DNA from: the human T2T-CHM13v2.0 reference genome, Homo sapiens
Strand: one strand, 5' to 3'
Length of the DNA: 64,000 bases
Assembly (NCBI RefSeq): GCF_009914755.1
Contig: NC_060933.1
In this document: positions 25,345-39,602 of the stretch, piece after piece
Layout of the letters: every line of letters begins with the position of its first letter
Numbering within the stretch: position 1 is the first letter of the stretch
Translations under genes and position numbers: made by a program
Notes under the pieces: generated by a model
What the model was told of the DNA's origin: nothing
The model's input: only the letters and a program-made list of their open reading frames with translations
The model's database searches: none

Positions 25345-28300
25345 TCCGTTCGTTTGGTGGTTAGCATGCATTGAGTATCCTCAGGGCATACAGGGGCATT
25401 TAAGGGAGTGGAGAAGTAGCACTTCACCCGTGCCTAGAGACTTCTGAGCCTGCCGCAGAGCATAGTAGTTTGTGACAGTGAAGTAAAATGAAGCATTAAA
25501 TGTAATTCAAAACGCAACTACCATTGAGCCCTCCCTTATTAAGTCTATAATCAGGTGCTGTGCAGGGTACTTTATGAACACTATTTTTGTTCACTATTTT
25601 TATTATATCCTTGTAACCAGTAAGTAGGATAGACACAAGTGTCTCTTTTTTACACAAGAAAACTGACGTTTAGAGAAGTAATGAAACTTTACCAAGGGAA
25701 TACACCTGGGAAGTGTTTATATTACAACACTGGGCTCCAGAGATCTATTACACGTTACTGTTTAGGAATAGGGTATGATGATATTTAAACAATGTTTTAT
25801 GCTGTATTAGATTGTTAACACCATTTGTGTAGAAATCACAGCCATATTTGAATATGGAAAATATATTTATTTGCTCCATAAAGCTAATTAGGAGAGATCT
25901 TTGATTTTTAAAAATTAACTACTAATAATGGAGGTCTCAATTATCCACTTATTTTCAATATTAAATGATATCATCCCCACAGTTATTATTGTTGCTGTGG
26001 GCCTCAGTTTCCCCATCTGAAAAAAAAAGCAAGACACGATTAGGTCATCCTACGGTTGCTTTGGCTGTAGTATTTTAGGATTCTCTGCTAAAGTGACCCT
26101 CCCAGACAGCAAGAAAGCCCATAAATAGTCATGTCATAAAACCGCTCATTTGAACTTTTGATCCATTTTGGCTGATTCAAATGTTGGTTGTTTGGGAAGT
26201 TTTAAATTCTGTGCTTTAGCCAAAGGATATTTCAGTAGCATGAAGCTGTGTCTCAACCAGCAGTGAGTGGTTCCTACTGAGTTAATCTCTTGGGTTAGGG
26301 ATTAAAATATTAGAATAGTGTACAATATATGTCATATGGTATATAAACTATATTTGTATAGAACATATAATCAATATATTTATAATTCTATGTGAGTTTT
26401 TAAATAAGACAAGAGCGCATGCTAGAAAACTAGATAGATATGGCTTTTTCGGGGAATGTCTCAAACTCGAACTCCTCTCCCCAGTTCTTTAGGATTCTAC
26501 AATCGTTGATTAGTGTCTACCACAAGTGGTATGGTCAATCACAGGGAAACTAAGCCAAATATGACCAGGCTGGCCCTCAAAGCAGGAAAAGGCTAGCAGA
26601 GGTGACAAACAAGAATACTATTATGGGTTAAGTTAACAACTATCATATAAGTGTATTCTGATAACATAGAGAAGAGATGATTTATGCATTTTTAGGAGAG
26701 GCTACTTGTAAAAGGCATTTTCTCCAAAAAGCTATGTGGCATCTTAAGCTTTTTGGCATTTGAGTAAGGAGTGCCCAGACGAGGACGTGTTTTCCATCCC
26801 TGTACTGTTCGCAGCCTCTGTTTCTGGTAGATGGGTCCATATGCACCAGGTACTCTACAATACCCAAACTTTGTTCATGCTAGGATGATGCCCTAGGCTC
26901 CTCACCTCCATGCCCTCACATCTATTTATCATCCATTTCTGATCTGACTTCACTATGGAGCTTCCTAAATGGAAGAAATCCATCTAGGAAGAGATGTTTC
27001 TATGCACTATGGCATTTGTAACTCTATTAGGACATCCATTGCATCTACATGGTATAATTACACATGTGCATGTCTAGATTTTCCTCCTAGATGCTAGGCT
27101 TCCTGAGGCTGGTGATCACACTTGCTTTTTCTGTACCTGGCATAGAGCCTTGGGTATCATAGAAGCTCAGTAAATGTTTATAGAATGAATGAAGTAATGG
27201 AGGAACAAATAAATGTTTGACATGTTGTGCTTTATAATTAAATTCTTCCTTTTACAACCATAGAACCTGAAAAGGAAACTGGATTATTGTGTCCAATGCT
27301 TCCATCGCACAGATCAGAAAGTGGGGTGCTGAGAGGAAGAATGACTTGTCTGAAGCCACTATGCCTGCTTTCCAGGAAGAAAACTGTCACAATCAGAACT
27401 GAGCAACCAAGCCACACTAGACATTACAGCAGAGGAAGTTTATGGAAATGAAGAACCATTTTTCCTCCTGTTTGGCAGAGGCCATACCTCTTGGCATCTA
27501 ATCCCTCATGGTTGCATCCTTCTGAGAAGCATAAGCACTTTTTTCCACTTGAGAGGGTAGAATGAATGCATGTAAACACCACCCCTGCACAGAGCTTCCT
27601 GCCAAAGACTGATTTTGTTGTTGCTTGTTTGCAGTTCTTATTCAGGAGTTGCTGGTGGAGGCTGTGGTTTAGAGACCAGAGGAATGTCGTGGTTTGCCTC
27701 AGGTGAGATCATTCTCATTTCTTTAAAGGTCTGTTAAATGTAATACTTTTTCTTCCAGACAGAACAGACAATGAGTGGAATTTTGGCCAGGACTAGTGCT
27801 GAGGAAGCTGAGTGTCCACTTCCCCATGGAATCCCCTGCTTCCTACTCTGATTACATACTCCTTCACTGTTCCCAACCTTCCTCCTCCTCTTCCCGGGAT
27901 TCATCTCATCTGGTGTGCTAACTCCAGTCCAAAAGTCTCATGTGACTCCATAATTACCAGAAATCTTTTCCAAAGCCGGGATGGATCTCTGATCCCACAC
28001 AGTGGGCCAGTCATTTAATTAAATGCATTTTGTTAGAGTCAAGGTTTCCCAACTTGCTTGCAGATCATTGTTGAGTGGTCTTTTCCAACTCTTCTTGCTT
28101 TTCCTTCGACAACAAAGGACAAAATCAAGTTCAAAGACCATATGGAGTGTGTGGCAAGACATATGAGAGCTTCTCTGATGGATGGACTATGGCAATTTAG
28201 CTGCGCCATCAACCAAGAAGTCATGCCTGGTCAGCACAGCAGAGTGGAGAGCATTGGTTGAGTGTCTAAGTCTTGATGCTGCATCAACTCGCTGTGTGAC

Positions 28301-29844
28301 TTTGGGAAAATCGCTTTCCCCGCTGACACACAGGGTCCTGGTTAGCAAGTGGGGAATTCCCAGGGATTATAGCAACTCAAAACTCTCAAGTAAAATCTTT
28401 AAAGAAATAATTTAGAAGTCTCCAAGCCTTTGCACATTCACTTCCCTAGGAAGAACCCTGTCTTATTGCCATGACAAATTCCTTTATTATTTTTTTCAAG
28501 AGTTCCTTCATAGTGCTTCTTCTAACAAAGTTTTATGACCCTCACATCCAGAGAGAAGGGCCTCTCCTTCATGCTCATCTACACCACCATTTTTTAACTT
28601 TTAGTATGTTGCACATTTTATTTCTCTTGCCTGTTTACCCTGCTAGATCATGGACACCTGAGGGTAGACACTGTGCCTTTCCATCTGTTTGTCAGCAGTT
28701 CTCTTTGTTGCCAGCATCTGTTGATGGCTGCTGCCTATGTCATGTTATTTGTTAATTATTTTGAATATCATTCCTACATATCATAGTGTTTAGAATAGCA
28801 TACGACCTGTCACAGATTTTGGAGGTAAGCAATAAAGGCATTCTTGAAGTGACTTTTATGAAATGATTAGAGACCTTAATTGTTATCATCAATTTACTCA
28901 TTCATTTGCCCAGCTGGTCTGTGAGGACTCCTTGAGGGCAAGGACTGTGCTTTTCACCTGTACAGACCCAAAGCACTTGGAGGTTGATTAATGTTCCTAT
29001 GAAATGATTGACTGATCAACTAATTGGCTGCATAATGGAAAATATATGATATTAGCACACAGTCTTGGGTTCTATTTGGCCCAACTGCTTACAATGTGAA
29101 TTACCTTGAGAAAAGCATGTCCCCTCTCTGAAGCTCCTCCTCTTCTTCTTGGGATTCATCTGGTTTCCTGTTTTATAAAACTGAGATAAAAATCTGTACC
29201 TTGAGTACCTTTCAAAATTGGTATGAAGACCAAGTAAGAGGGTGTAAGACAAAGTGCTTAGTAAGCTGGGATGCCCTATGTAGAGTTTTTTGATGCTAAA
29301 TGATGTAGTTCCCTTCCCCGCCCCCCACCCCCCAAATCCCAACAAAAAGCTCAATCTCTGCATAGCTATATTGTGTTTATGAAAGCACGGAACCCAGCTT
29401 CTATCTGAAGCACTTCTGGGCTTTGCAGGGGCTGGCAGCAGGGAGAGGGGAGTTGAAGCCACCTGGTGCTGTCTTGTTAAAATATTCAAAAGGCTGCCTC
29501 TTCGGAGGTTGAAGGGAAAGAGGAAAAGTTTAAAAAACTAGCATTGCCCAAGCTAAATTAGAAGATGTGGAGTTGTATATTTCCAACAGAGGGCTCGGAG
29601 GCAGTTTTGATCATGTTTACCGGTCTGAGCTCAGGCTGAGGTGATGAATACAAATGGCTCAAATCATCTTGGGCTTAATACAGGTCACAGAGGGAATATA
29701 TAGCTTTGAAATCAATGCAAATTGAATTTCTTTCTTTGATTTTCCACAGCTGGGTTGGATACTTGTGAGGAAGTATAATTTGCTTGTTTTCCTTCTCTCT
29801 TAGGTTTCTTAAGATTTCTTTTGTGGACCACAAAGAATAACAGT

Positions 29845-30070
29845 GGCTAACACTGATTGAGTATTTTCTGTGATCTAGGCACTCTTGAAGCAGTTTGGAT
29901 GTATTAAATTATTTAATCTTTACAATGAGCCTTTGGGTTAGTCCTATCATTGTTCCCATTTTGCAGATGGGGGGTGTGAGACATGGAGAGGTTAGGGAAA
30001 TGTCCAGGGTGCATGGGTAATAAATAGTAGCAAGAGGATTCAAACCCACCAAGAGGACTCCAGCTCCCAG
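29845..30070 (-). mobile_element. MIR SINE
   Basis: CCCATTTTGCAGATGGGG...GAGAGGTTAGG...GGATTCAAACCCA. Confidence 0.7.
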
Positions 30071-30769
30071 TTGTCTATTATTATGGGTGCTTTCTTATGT
30101 ATTTAATGTAACAATTGCCCAAAGGCAAAGATGGCATTCTTTGATTCATGAACTAGATTGAGTGATTTGGAGCTTGCACATAAAGATCTGAGGAGGCAAG
30201 GTTGTCTTTGGTTATTTTCCTTTGTCCCTGTCTATTTGTGCCAATCCTGGAGTTTTGGGATTACCTAGCATGCACTTGGTTTCAAACCTTAATTTAACCA
30301 ATAATAGCTACAAAAAGGAGTAGGACCTTGGGTAAATTACTTAACACCTTTCTTATAAGTTCTCCATCTGTAAAACGGGTACAATGATAACTGATACTCC
30401 TTGGAGCTAGTCTCAGGATTAAAAGAACAATACTTAGTCAAATGCTTATGCCGTTGCTTGCCACATTCTAAGTAATCTCAAAATAGTGGCCTTTGGCTAT
30501 TGTAGATAAGTCACTTATTCTACTGTGAGCCTTTACTTTCTCATCTGTAAAATGATGGAAAAGATAATGTCAGAGGTATGTTTCAGAAATGTGCTCACTA
30601 AAATAAGAAGGGTTAATAAAACAAATGTACATGCAAATAAAAATATACAGCTCTTTTCATCATGGGACATAAGATTTTCAGATTGACCGAACTGTACTAG
30701 TCACCCTGTGTGCTCTAATATTCTTCATAAATTTCCCCTCCATCCTGCTATACACATGCAGTACACATG

Positions 30770-30773
30770 CACG

Positions 30774-30818
<45 letters not shown>

Positions 30819-30824
30819 AGAGAG
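30770..30824. repeat. (CA)n(GA)n compound microsatellite
   Basis: Direct reading. Confidence 0.97.
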
Positions 30825-31699
30825 CTCATTGAAATGAGTATTTTACTGAAGGGATGTTTAGTATTGCTCTGAGAGAGAAATAGTTTGAACTTCCTTTGAA
30901 AAGTAGAACTACATTTGCCCATCCAGTCAATAGCAGGCATTATTATTTTTAATCGTCTTTCAAGCCTTGTACATTCTGTTTCTCAGGTGGAAAAATTTAC
31001 CCTATCCAGAGTCAGCTGGGTGGTTTCACTTGCCTCAGAGCCAGAAGCTCCCTCGGCAGGGCCTAGAGGTTGATGGATTGGCATCACATAGGTATTTGAG
31101 TCACTCTCCTCCTTGGGAAGTACTCTGGGCTGGCCCTTTGTCCCTTACCCTTCCTAAGGAGGAGAGTAAATTGACCCTCCTTATTTTAGTGAGCACATAC
31201 TAGGCAGTCCTAACCTTGACTACTTCCTTGCCCCACAGCCTTCCAATGGTAGGGGTGGTGACAAATATACCCACTTGTATTTGCTAATAACATGACAAGG
31301 CATTGGCATTATCTCAGTCCTCACGCCAGGCCATTCCCCTAATACAAGTGAGAAAGCTGAGGTGAGGAGGGATCAAGAGACTTGCTGAAAGTCACACAGC
31401 TGGTATGTGGTCTCACAGAAGGTCCGCATATGAAAATTACTGAGCTACTGGGCTCTTCAGGTTTCCATTACAGAACCATCTATAAAGAGTATTATTTTAT
31501 CAGTTTTATGGGGTACAGTGGTATAAAGAAGAAGCTCATGATCTGATACTAGACAGATGGGATCAATCTTAGCTCTACCATTTATTAGTGTTTGACCTTT
31601 TTTCAATTTCCTTCACTTATGTGACCCCATCTTGTATCTGAGTCTGTAAAAGAGGAGTGAGAATACTTACTTTACAGGGATAAAGGAAGGGCCATGGGA

Positions 31700-32150
31700 A
31701 ACTGAGTAAGGATTCCCAAGATGTGTGTTTGAATCCATGGAATCTGTGAATATTATCTTGTATGGCAAAGAAGACTTTGGAGTTGTGACTAAGTTAAGGA
31801 TCTTGAGGTGGGGAGACTATTTTGCATATACTTAAAAGTGTCTTTATAAGAGGAAGGCAGAGAGAGATTTGACTACAGAGGAGGAGAAGGCAGTGTGACC
31901 AAGGAACAGAGATTGGAGTGATGTGGCCACAAGCCAAGGAATGCCAGCAGACACCAGAAACTGAAAGAGGCAAAGAATGGATTCTCCCTTGGAGCCCCCA
32001 GAAAGACCAGGCCTGTTGACAACTGGATTTTAGCTTACTAAAACTCACTTCAGACCTCTGGTCTCCATAGTTGTAAGAGAATACATTTCTGTGTTATTAA
32101 GTCATTAAGTTTGTGGTAACTTGTTAGAGTAGCAATATAAAACTAATACA
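31700..32150 (+). mobile_element. MLT1C/D-like MaLR LTR
   Basis: GAGATTGGAGTGATGTGGCCACAAGCCAAGGAATGCC...GTTTGTGGTAACTTGTTA...AACTAATACA. Confidence 0.85.
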
Positions 32151-32215
32151 AGAAATAAATGGGGAAGTATCTTTGTGTTGTGCATAACAGGGCCTTAAAA
32201 ACAGGAATGCTTAAC

Positions 32216-32564
32216 TTGAACTCATGGAGATAGAGAGCAGAAGGATGGTTACCAGAGTCTGGGAAGGTTCTGGGAGGAGGGCTGGGGGGTGGGGATGGTT
32301 AATAAGTACAAAAAATAATTAGGAAGAGTAAATAAGATGTAGTATTTGATAGCACAACAGGGTGACTATAGTCAGTAATAATTTAAATGTACATTTAAAA
32401 ATAACTAAAAGAGTGTAATTGGATTATTTGTAACACAAAGGATAAATGCTTAAGGGGATGAATACCGCATTTTACATGACATGATTATTAAACAAAACCT
32501 CTCATGTACCCTGTAAATATATACACCTACTATGTACCTACAAAAAGTAATGAATTTTTAAAAA
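32216..32564 (+). mobile_element. L1MA 3' end
   Basis: GGATGGTTACCAGAG...GTATTTGATAGCACAACAGGGTGACTATAGTC...ATATACACCTACTATGTACC. Confidence 0.88.
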
Positions 32565-34723
32565 TGGTAATGGTTAGTATTGGTCCAAGAGATTATTTTC
32601 TGGGAGAAATGGCATTAACTTACCTTGAAACTGGAATGCTTTTCCATAGAGATGTAGTTCTATGATGTAAATGCACATTGCTAGATTTTCAAGTAGTTTT
32701 TTTTTGTCACAGCTCCTTTAACATGACATTTTAGTTGTAGGCTGAAAGACAGAGAAGGAAAGGGAAGTTGGAGGGAGTTGCAACCTCCATCATTAGCCCG
32801 ACAGTTTTGAAGTGGCCTGTTGACATGGGAGCTTTGCAGTGTCGAGTGGTTTAGCCCACAGTGAGGAGTAAATCTGGACTTATACATGACATTCCTATCA
32901 TTCCAGGGTCAGTCTGAACCCAGCAAGTGGCAGGCTTATCTGGGTCCCTGCTCATCCATAATTCAGAGGATTCACCCACAGCACACTTTGACAAGTGTGA
33001 AAAGAGCTATGAGACAATCCTGCTCAAGTTAGAGATAAGAAAATGGGGCCCAAAGCAGTTGCTTGTCTTGCCCACTCTGAGCTAAAATCCAGGTCTGCTC
33101 ATTTGTGAAACTATGTTCCACATGGAGGAAGAAGCTTGCCTAGATTGGTGTAGGACCAGCCAAAATCAAAGGAATTTATTGCTTAAAAAAAATCCTTTAC
33201 ACGGATTGGGCTTCTTCACTTAGAAAGGACATAAAAAGGGGACCGAGAGGAGTAGGTGAACACACACCAGGCTCTCTACTCCCTCTGAGCTTCCGTGAGC
33301 AGTATAATGTTGCTTCTCTCTCTCTCCTGCTTTTCTCCGGTTTTGGATGTGTGCAGTGCTCTCATCGATGTGGCTGTGGTATCAGAGGACCAAAGAAGCC
33401 CCCTAGTGAGATGCCAGGCAAGTTTTTCAGACACTGTATCAGAAAGCAGCCTCTGTAGGAGAACTTCAAAGACTTTCTAAATGCTTTGGAACACCTGCCC
33501 AGGCCCACATTGGGCTCAACTTGCAGATGAATGGTATATGGGGAGTGCTCTTGGGTGAATATAGATAGATGACTCATCGTTTGAGACAGATGATGGATTT
33601 CCCTTGTGGAAATACTATATAAGGAAATTATGGTGAAAGTTTGATAATCCCCATGGACAGGAGTGGGCAGGGGCCAGGATGAATCAGTGAGACAGCTGCA
33701 TTGTGGAAGACCAATCCAGGGAAGCTTACTTTGAAGTATATTTTGCCAGTGGCTCCTTTAAACTAGTAAAGTATTGCCAAGGAGAGATCTTCCGAGAGTC
33801 TGGCTTAATGAGCAGAAATCAGTCATAAGTGGTTGCTTTTGAAGGAAGTGGAAGTACTTTGGCTTTTAGCAAGTTGCAATCTTGTTTGCTCAGTTAATCT
33901 AAGAAGTAATTCATATGAAATTGCTCCTGTTCAGCCATATTTGACCTACAAAAATGATACTTTAATATGATTAAACTTAATACAGTATAAGCCCTATCAC
34001 CAAATCTGTGACAAAGACAAATTCCTGACCAGACCTTGGCTAAATTTAAAAAGGTTTTGCCCACCGTCACTCTTGCGATGGAAAGACAGGCCAGGTTGGT
34101 ATGGGGCAGGGTATTTGTGAAGGACAGTGAGTTAACCCCATGCTTGCAGTTCTGACAGCCATGGTTGGCAGATGAATTTTTTTCTCCCATCTGTGGATAC
34201 TGTACTGATATCAACACCATGGTAGAACCTAGGTAGAGCAGGAAGACACCCAATAAAAGAGATGTCACAAGCTGATATTGTGTATCAGAGTTCAGGTTTA
34301 GGCCCTTAGAGAGCCATGGAGATGACCAGATAGCAGGGGTAAAAGGCATGGTGTTCTTGAGACTACACCTGGGCAAACATGTGAATGGATAGTTGCTATC
34401 TAATGAGCCCCTTGGAAGGGAATGGAGTTTTACGCTATCACTTCTATGACACAGGGGATCTTCTGTAAATAGTGATTGTTAATTTTTATTGAGCATTTAT
34501 TATGTGCTGGATACCATTTTTAGAACTTTACATACATTAACTTCATTTAATCTTCATAACATTTCTATGGATAGATACTATTATTAGTCCCAAATGAAGG
34601 CATGCACAAGAGGAAGTTACTTGATCAATAATAAATAGCTGGTGTCAGATATGGGATTAGGACCCAAAACTCTTTACATGTTGCACAGGATCCTCTTCAC
34701 TATGTTTTCCTGCAGAGGATGTT

Positions 34724-35407
<684 letters not shown>

Positions 35408-35633
35408 ATGTTTTACTGCTTTACTTTCCTTGTTGAAGGAAAGAAAAAGAAGAGGAAGAAAGGAAAGGGCATGATAATATTTATTTGTACTTATTTTGTT
35501 GACTAATTCTTCCAACCATTTCTTCATTGCACTTAGATTGATGGGATACACAGGCCCTGTGCTAATAGCTATTGGCGATATAGCCACAAACACAACAGAT
35601 GTAATCACTTTCCTTTTGAGCTTACCTTCTAGG

Positions 35634-35844
35634 GCAATGTTTCTCAACCAGGGATGGTTTACTCTCTAGAGGATATTTGCTAATGTCTGCAGGCATTTTG
35701 GCTGTCGGAGTTTGGAGGTTTGCTATGGGCATCAAGTGGGCAGAGGCCAGAGATTCTACTAAAAGTCTGCAATGCAGAGGATGGTCTCCCACAACAAATA
35801 ATTCTTTGTCCCAAAATGTCAATAGTGCTGTTTGAATAATGCTG
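35634..35844 (+). mobile_element. MER20 hAT-Charlie element
   Basis: TTTCTCAACCAGGG...CCCAAAATGTCAATAGTGCTG. Confidence 0.8.
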
Positions 35845-37222
35845 ATCTAGTGAGGATGTAGGATGTTGAATCGTGACAAATATCCAACATAGAGATTGAA
35901 AAGACCTGAACTTGGACCCCAGAATCACTCTAACATTTATGACCTTGGGCAGAACTAACCCAACAGACATGCAATGGGATAGTGTGTAGAGACACAGGTT
36001 TCATGAGATGGGATAAACACTCTCTTCTAATGCAGTGTCTTAGGAAGTAAGGAGACTTGAACTGGTCATGCCACAGAGTGCATTCAGAGGGGCTGTGTCC
36101 TGAGTGAGTCACCAGGATCCCAATATCATATTTGGAGATGGAAGAAGCAGAGCTACTCACTTCTAGGGGTGCAGACCCAAAACTGAGGATATCTGCCATG
36201 GCCAGAGAGGAATGGGGCATGCAACTGGTTCCTAAATGTTCTAGGCCATGTAAGACCTCTAGATTATTGAATAAACTAGTGGACAAGAGAAGCAACACTC
36301 AACACAGCTGAGACTGAATTTTCTACCGTCACAAAGGAGTATGGCATGGTTGAAAGAAATAAAGAAGTGAGATATATCTTACCCTCAAGTATTGTAATGT
36401 ACCCATTATGAGGAGATATATATATCTCCCAGCTTCTCTGGCCAGCCACAGAAATTGGTAGTTTTCTTTCTTTCAAAAGAAAACAATTGCAGTTGAAGTA
36501 ATAGCTTTCCCTGTTTTTATGAAAGTTGCATGATGAGGAGATGAGACCCATGGGTATGATAAACTTTCCAATGCCTAAGCATTCTGTTTTGGATGCTAAC
36601 CTCTAGTTAGGAAGTATATACGGCTTGGCTTATAAACTGTTTCCTTCGTATATTAGATGTTCCCTTCTCCAAGGACCAGGATGCTGAGACCAGAGGTTTA
36701 AGAATTTGTCTCCAAGACTCCTGAGCCCCTTATTGCTGTCTGCCTCAAGCAATCCAATAGAAACAGCTGGTTTCCTTTGGGTAACTGAGAAGAATGCTCA
36801 ATGTCAAAATCATTCTCCAAGCCTTAAAATATCCAACAAGATTTAACCGGTACCTTGAACAGTGGCTGGCTCATACTAAGCACTCTATAAATATTTGTTA
36901 TAAGAATTTATGGCAGAATCTAATCACCTTTGAGGTGCTAGCTTGGATATGGAAAATTTGGCTCACAACTTTCCTTGTAAAAGCAGCCAATTAAATTCAA
37001 TACAGAGTTATTAATTATCTACACTTTTCTGGAACAATAAAAATAACAGCCCCAACCTTTTGTTCTTGGTGATTAGATGTTGTATGAGCAGGGTTGGCAG
37101 TAGTTAGGGTTGCCAAAGCCTGGAACTATAATTTTTTTGGAACTCCAATTCAGTGGGCCAATGCCCCCTAAGGCATCAATATCTTTATTTTACAAATACT
37201 TGTTAGATTCAGACATGTATCA

Positions 37223-37505
<283 letters not shown>

Positions 37506-38379
37506 TCATAAGTGCTGCAGTACAGTCACCATAAGAGGCTATGATTGGGACACAAAGAGATAGAGAATCTTATATTTCCATTGCTTGAGTATTTTTAATG
37601 TCCGAAAACTCATTGTCATAGAAGGAACTACAGAGAAAGAAAGTGCACTAATGTTTACTATGCATTGAGCATATTTTAAATAAGTACTTACTATATGCCA
37701 AGTACTATGGGAGGTTCTGAAGAGGCAGAGAATAAAAGAGACAACCATTAAACACACAAATACACAAATAAACATGTAATTCCAAAGAGCTATGAGTGCA
37801 ATGAAAGAAAAGTCAATTGCCTATGAGACACTCTATATTAGTTTCCACTTCCTGGTTTTAGTTAATCCCATCAATCCTGAAATAAGTATTTTAATCTGTA
37901 TTTTGCTAAGGAGTTTACTGAGGCTTCCAGCTGTAAAGTGTTTTGCCAAAAGCCACCCGGCTGGTAAGTTTTGGAGCTGGGATTAGAAGCCAGAATTGTC
38001 CAACGCCAAGCCCATGCACTTCACTCCAAGTCCTCATAAGGGAGCCTCATGAGATATGAGCCACCACATTCAGAGACAGTTTCACTAATTTATTAGAAGC
38101 ATGCTTATTAAAACGCATTCTTTCTATTCAGCCTGTTATTTACTTTATACTCCTTTAACATCTACCACCCATATAGGGGTTAATTATATACTATCTCATG
38201 TTGATTTATAAATGTGGATTAGTCTTGTTTAAGTAAGGACATGGAAAGTCTGATTCTCCCACTCAAATCCACCCACCTTCTGTCTAGGCTGATGCTGGAT
38301 GTAGAAGTTCCTATTAAATACTCCCTGGTTTAAAGCACAGATCTTGAAATTTTTATGGTATTGGATACAGACTCCAGAG

Positions 38380-38630
38380 TAATGGACTAAGAGAACCAAA
38401 TGGCTCTGAGTTCCCTTAAAATCATGCAGAGCTGTGTTCAAATCCCATCTCAGTCCTTACTAGCTATATGCTTCTAGGCAAGACTTTCACACCTCTGGGC
38501 CTCAGAGTCCTTACCTATGACAGGGAGATCAGACGCCTACCTTCAGTGTTCTTTTGAGGGGCCAATGAGTTAAAGCGCTTAGCACCATGCCTAGGACACA
38601 GAAAGCACTAAGTAGATGGTACTTATTATC
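38380..38630 (+). mobile_element. MIR SINE
   Basis: GTTCAAATCCCA...CTCTGGGCCTCAG...GCGCTTAGCACCATGCCTAG. Confidence 0.75.
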
Positions 38631-38814
38631 ACTTCTAGGTTTTCCTCTTTATTGGAAGGCTCTCACCTGAACCATCAAAGCTAGCTGCTCAACTTTTAAT
38701 TCATTTCTAAAACTACATAAGGAGTTGGAAACTTACTGTATTCTAGTTTTTTCTGGAATTTTTTCCCTTGCTTTTAATAGAAAGGGAGTCTGATTTGTTC
38801 CACTTTTTCGGTGC

Positions 38815-39047
38815 CAGTGGTTCTCATTCTCGACGGGGGGCAATTTTGTCCCCCATTGTTTGGAAATGACTGGAGACATTTTGGGCTGTCACAACTAGGC
38901 TGGGTGGAGATGCTATTGACAACTAGTGAATGGAGGTCAGGGATGCTGCTGTACCTCCTACAATGCACAGGGCAGTTCCCCCCACACTTCTCAACAAAGA
39001 ATTATCCAGCTGAAAAATGTCAATAGTGCTGAGATTGAGAAACCCTG
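38815..39047 (+). mobile_element. MER20 hAT-Charlie element
   Basis: CAGTGGTTCTCA...GGAGACATTTTGGGCTGTCACAACT...AAAATGTCAATAGTGCTGAGATTGAGAAACCCTG. Confidence 0.88.
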
Positions 39048-39602
39048 GTTTATAGCGGCTAGCAGACCGGAGCCCGGGTGAGCTCCAAGATGATGTCATG
39101 CTGGGGGAGACCCACGCTGGCCTGCGGTGAGACACATTACACATGGGGGATCGCACCATTTCCTTGCAGACCCCTCACCTCACCACCGCCGCCGCCTCAT
39201 ATCCTGCTCAGGTCCCTCCTGGGAACCCAGGGAAACCTCGCAGCAGATGGGGTTTCGTTTAGTCACATTCTCTGCAGCCAGATTGGATTACATCGCCAGC
39301 AGCTCTGGCTCTGAGAGACCAAAGTTGCTTGATGAGCTCTGGGCTGGCCTTTCACCTTCCAGGACCCAAGCTCACCCCAACACACAGGAGGAGAGGGGCT
39401 TGTTTGTGGTTCTATCTCTCAAAAGGACAAAAGCTGAGAAACAGAAAAAGCCAAAAGGATATTGGTATCTTCTGTTGAAAATGGTGCCTGGATATTTCTG
39501 TCTTTATTTCTTGTGTTTATTATGACAGGTGATAAATATTCCGTAGTCTTTTTGAAGAAATATATAAATTATAGAGATCTCCAGGGCGTCTGTATTTCAT
39601 AC

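Noticed and set aside
32272-32294. G4 motif
   Set aside because: Part of the G-rich tract typical of L1 3' UTRs; no locus-specific significance evident.
33894-34376. 160-aa minus-strand ORF with a hydrophobic stretch
   Set aside because: Begins at a non-ATG codon, has no recognisable domain or exon structure, and is compatible with chance in 64 kb.
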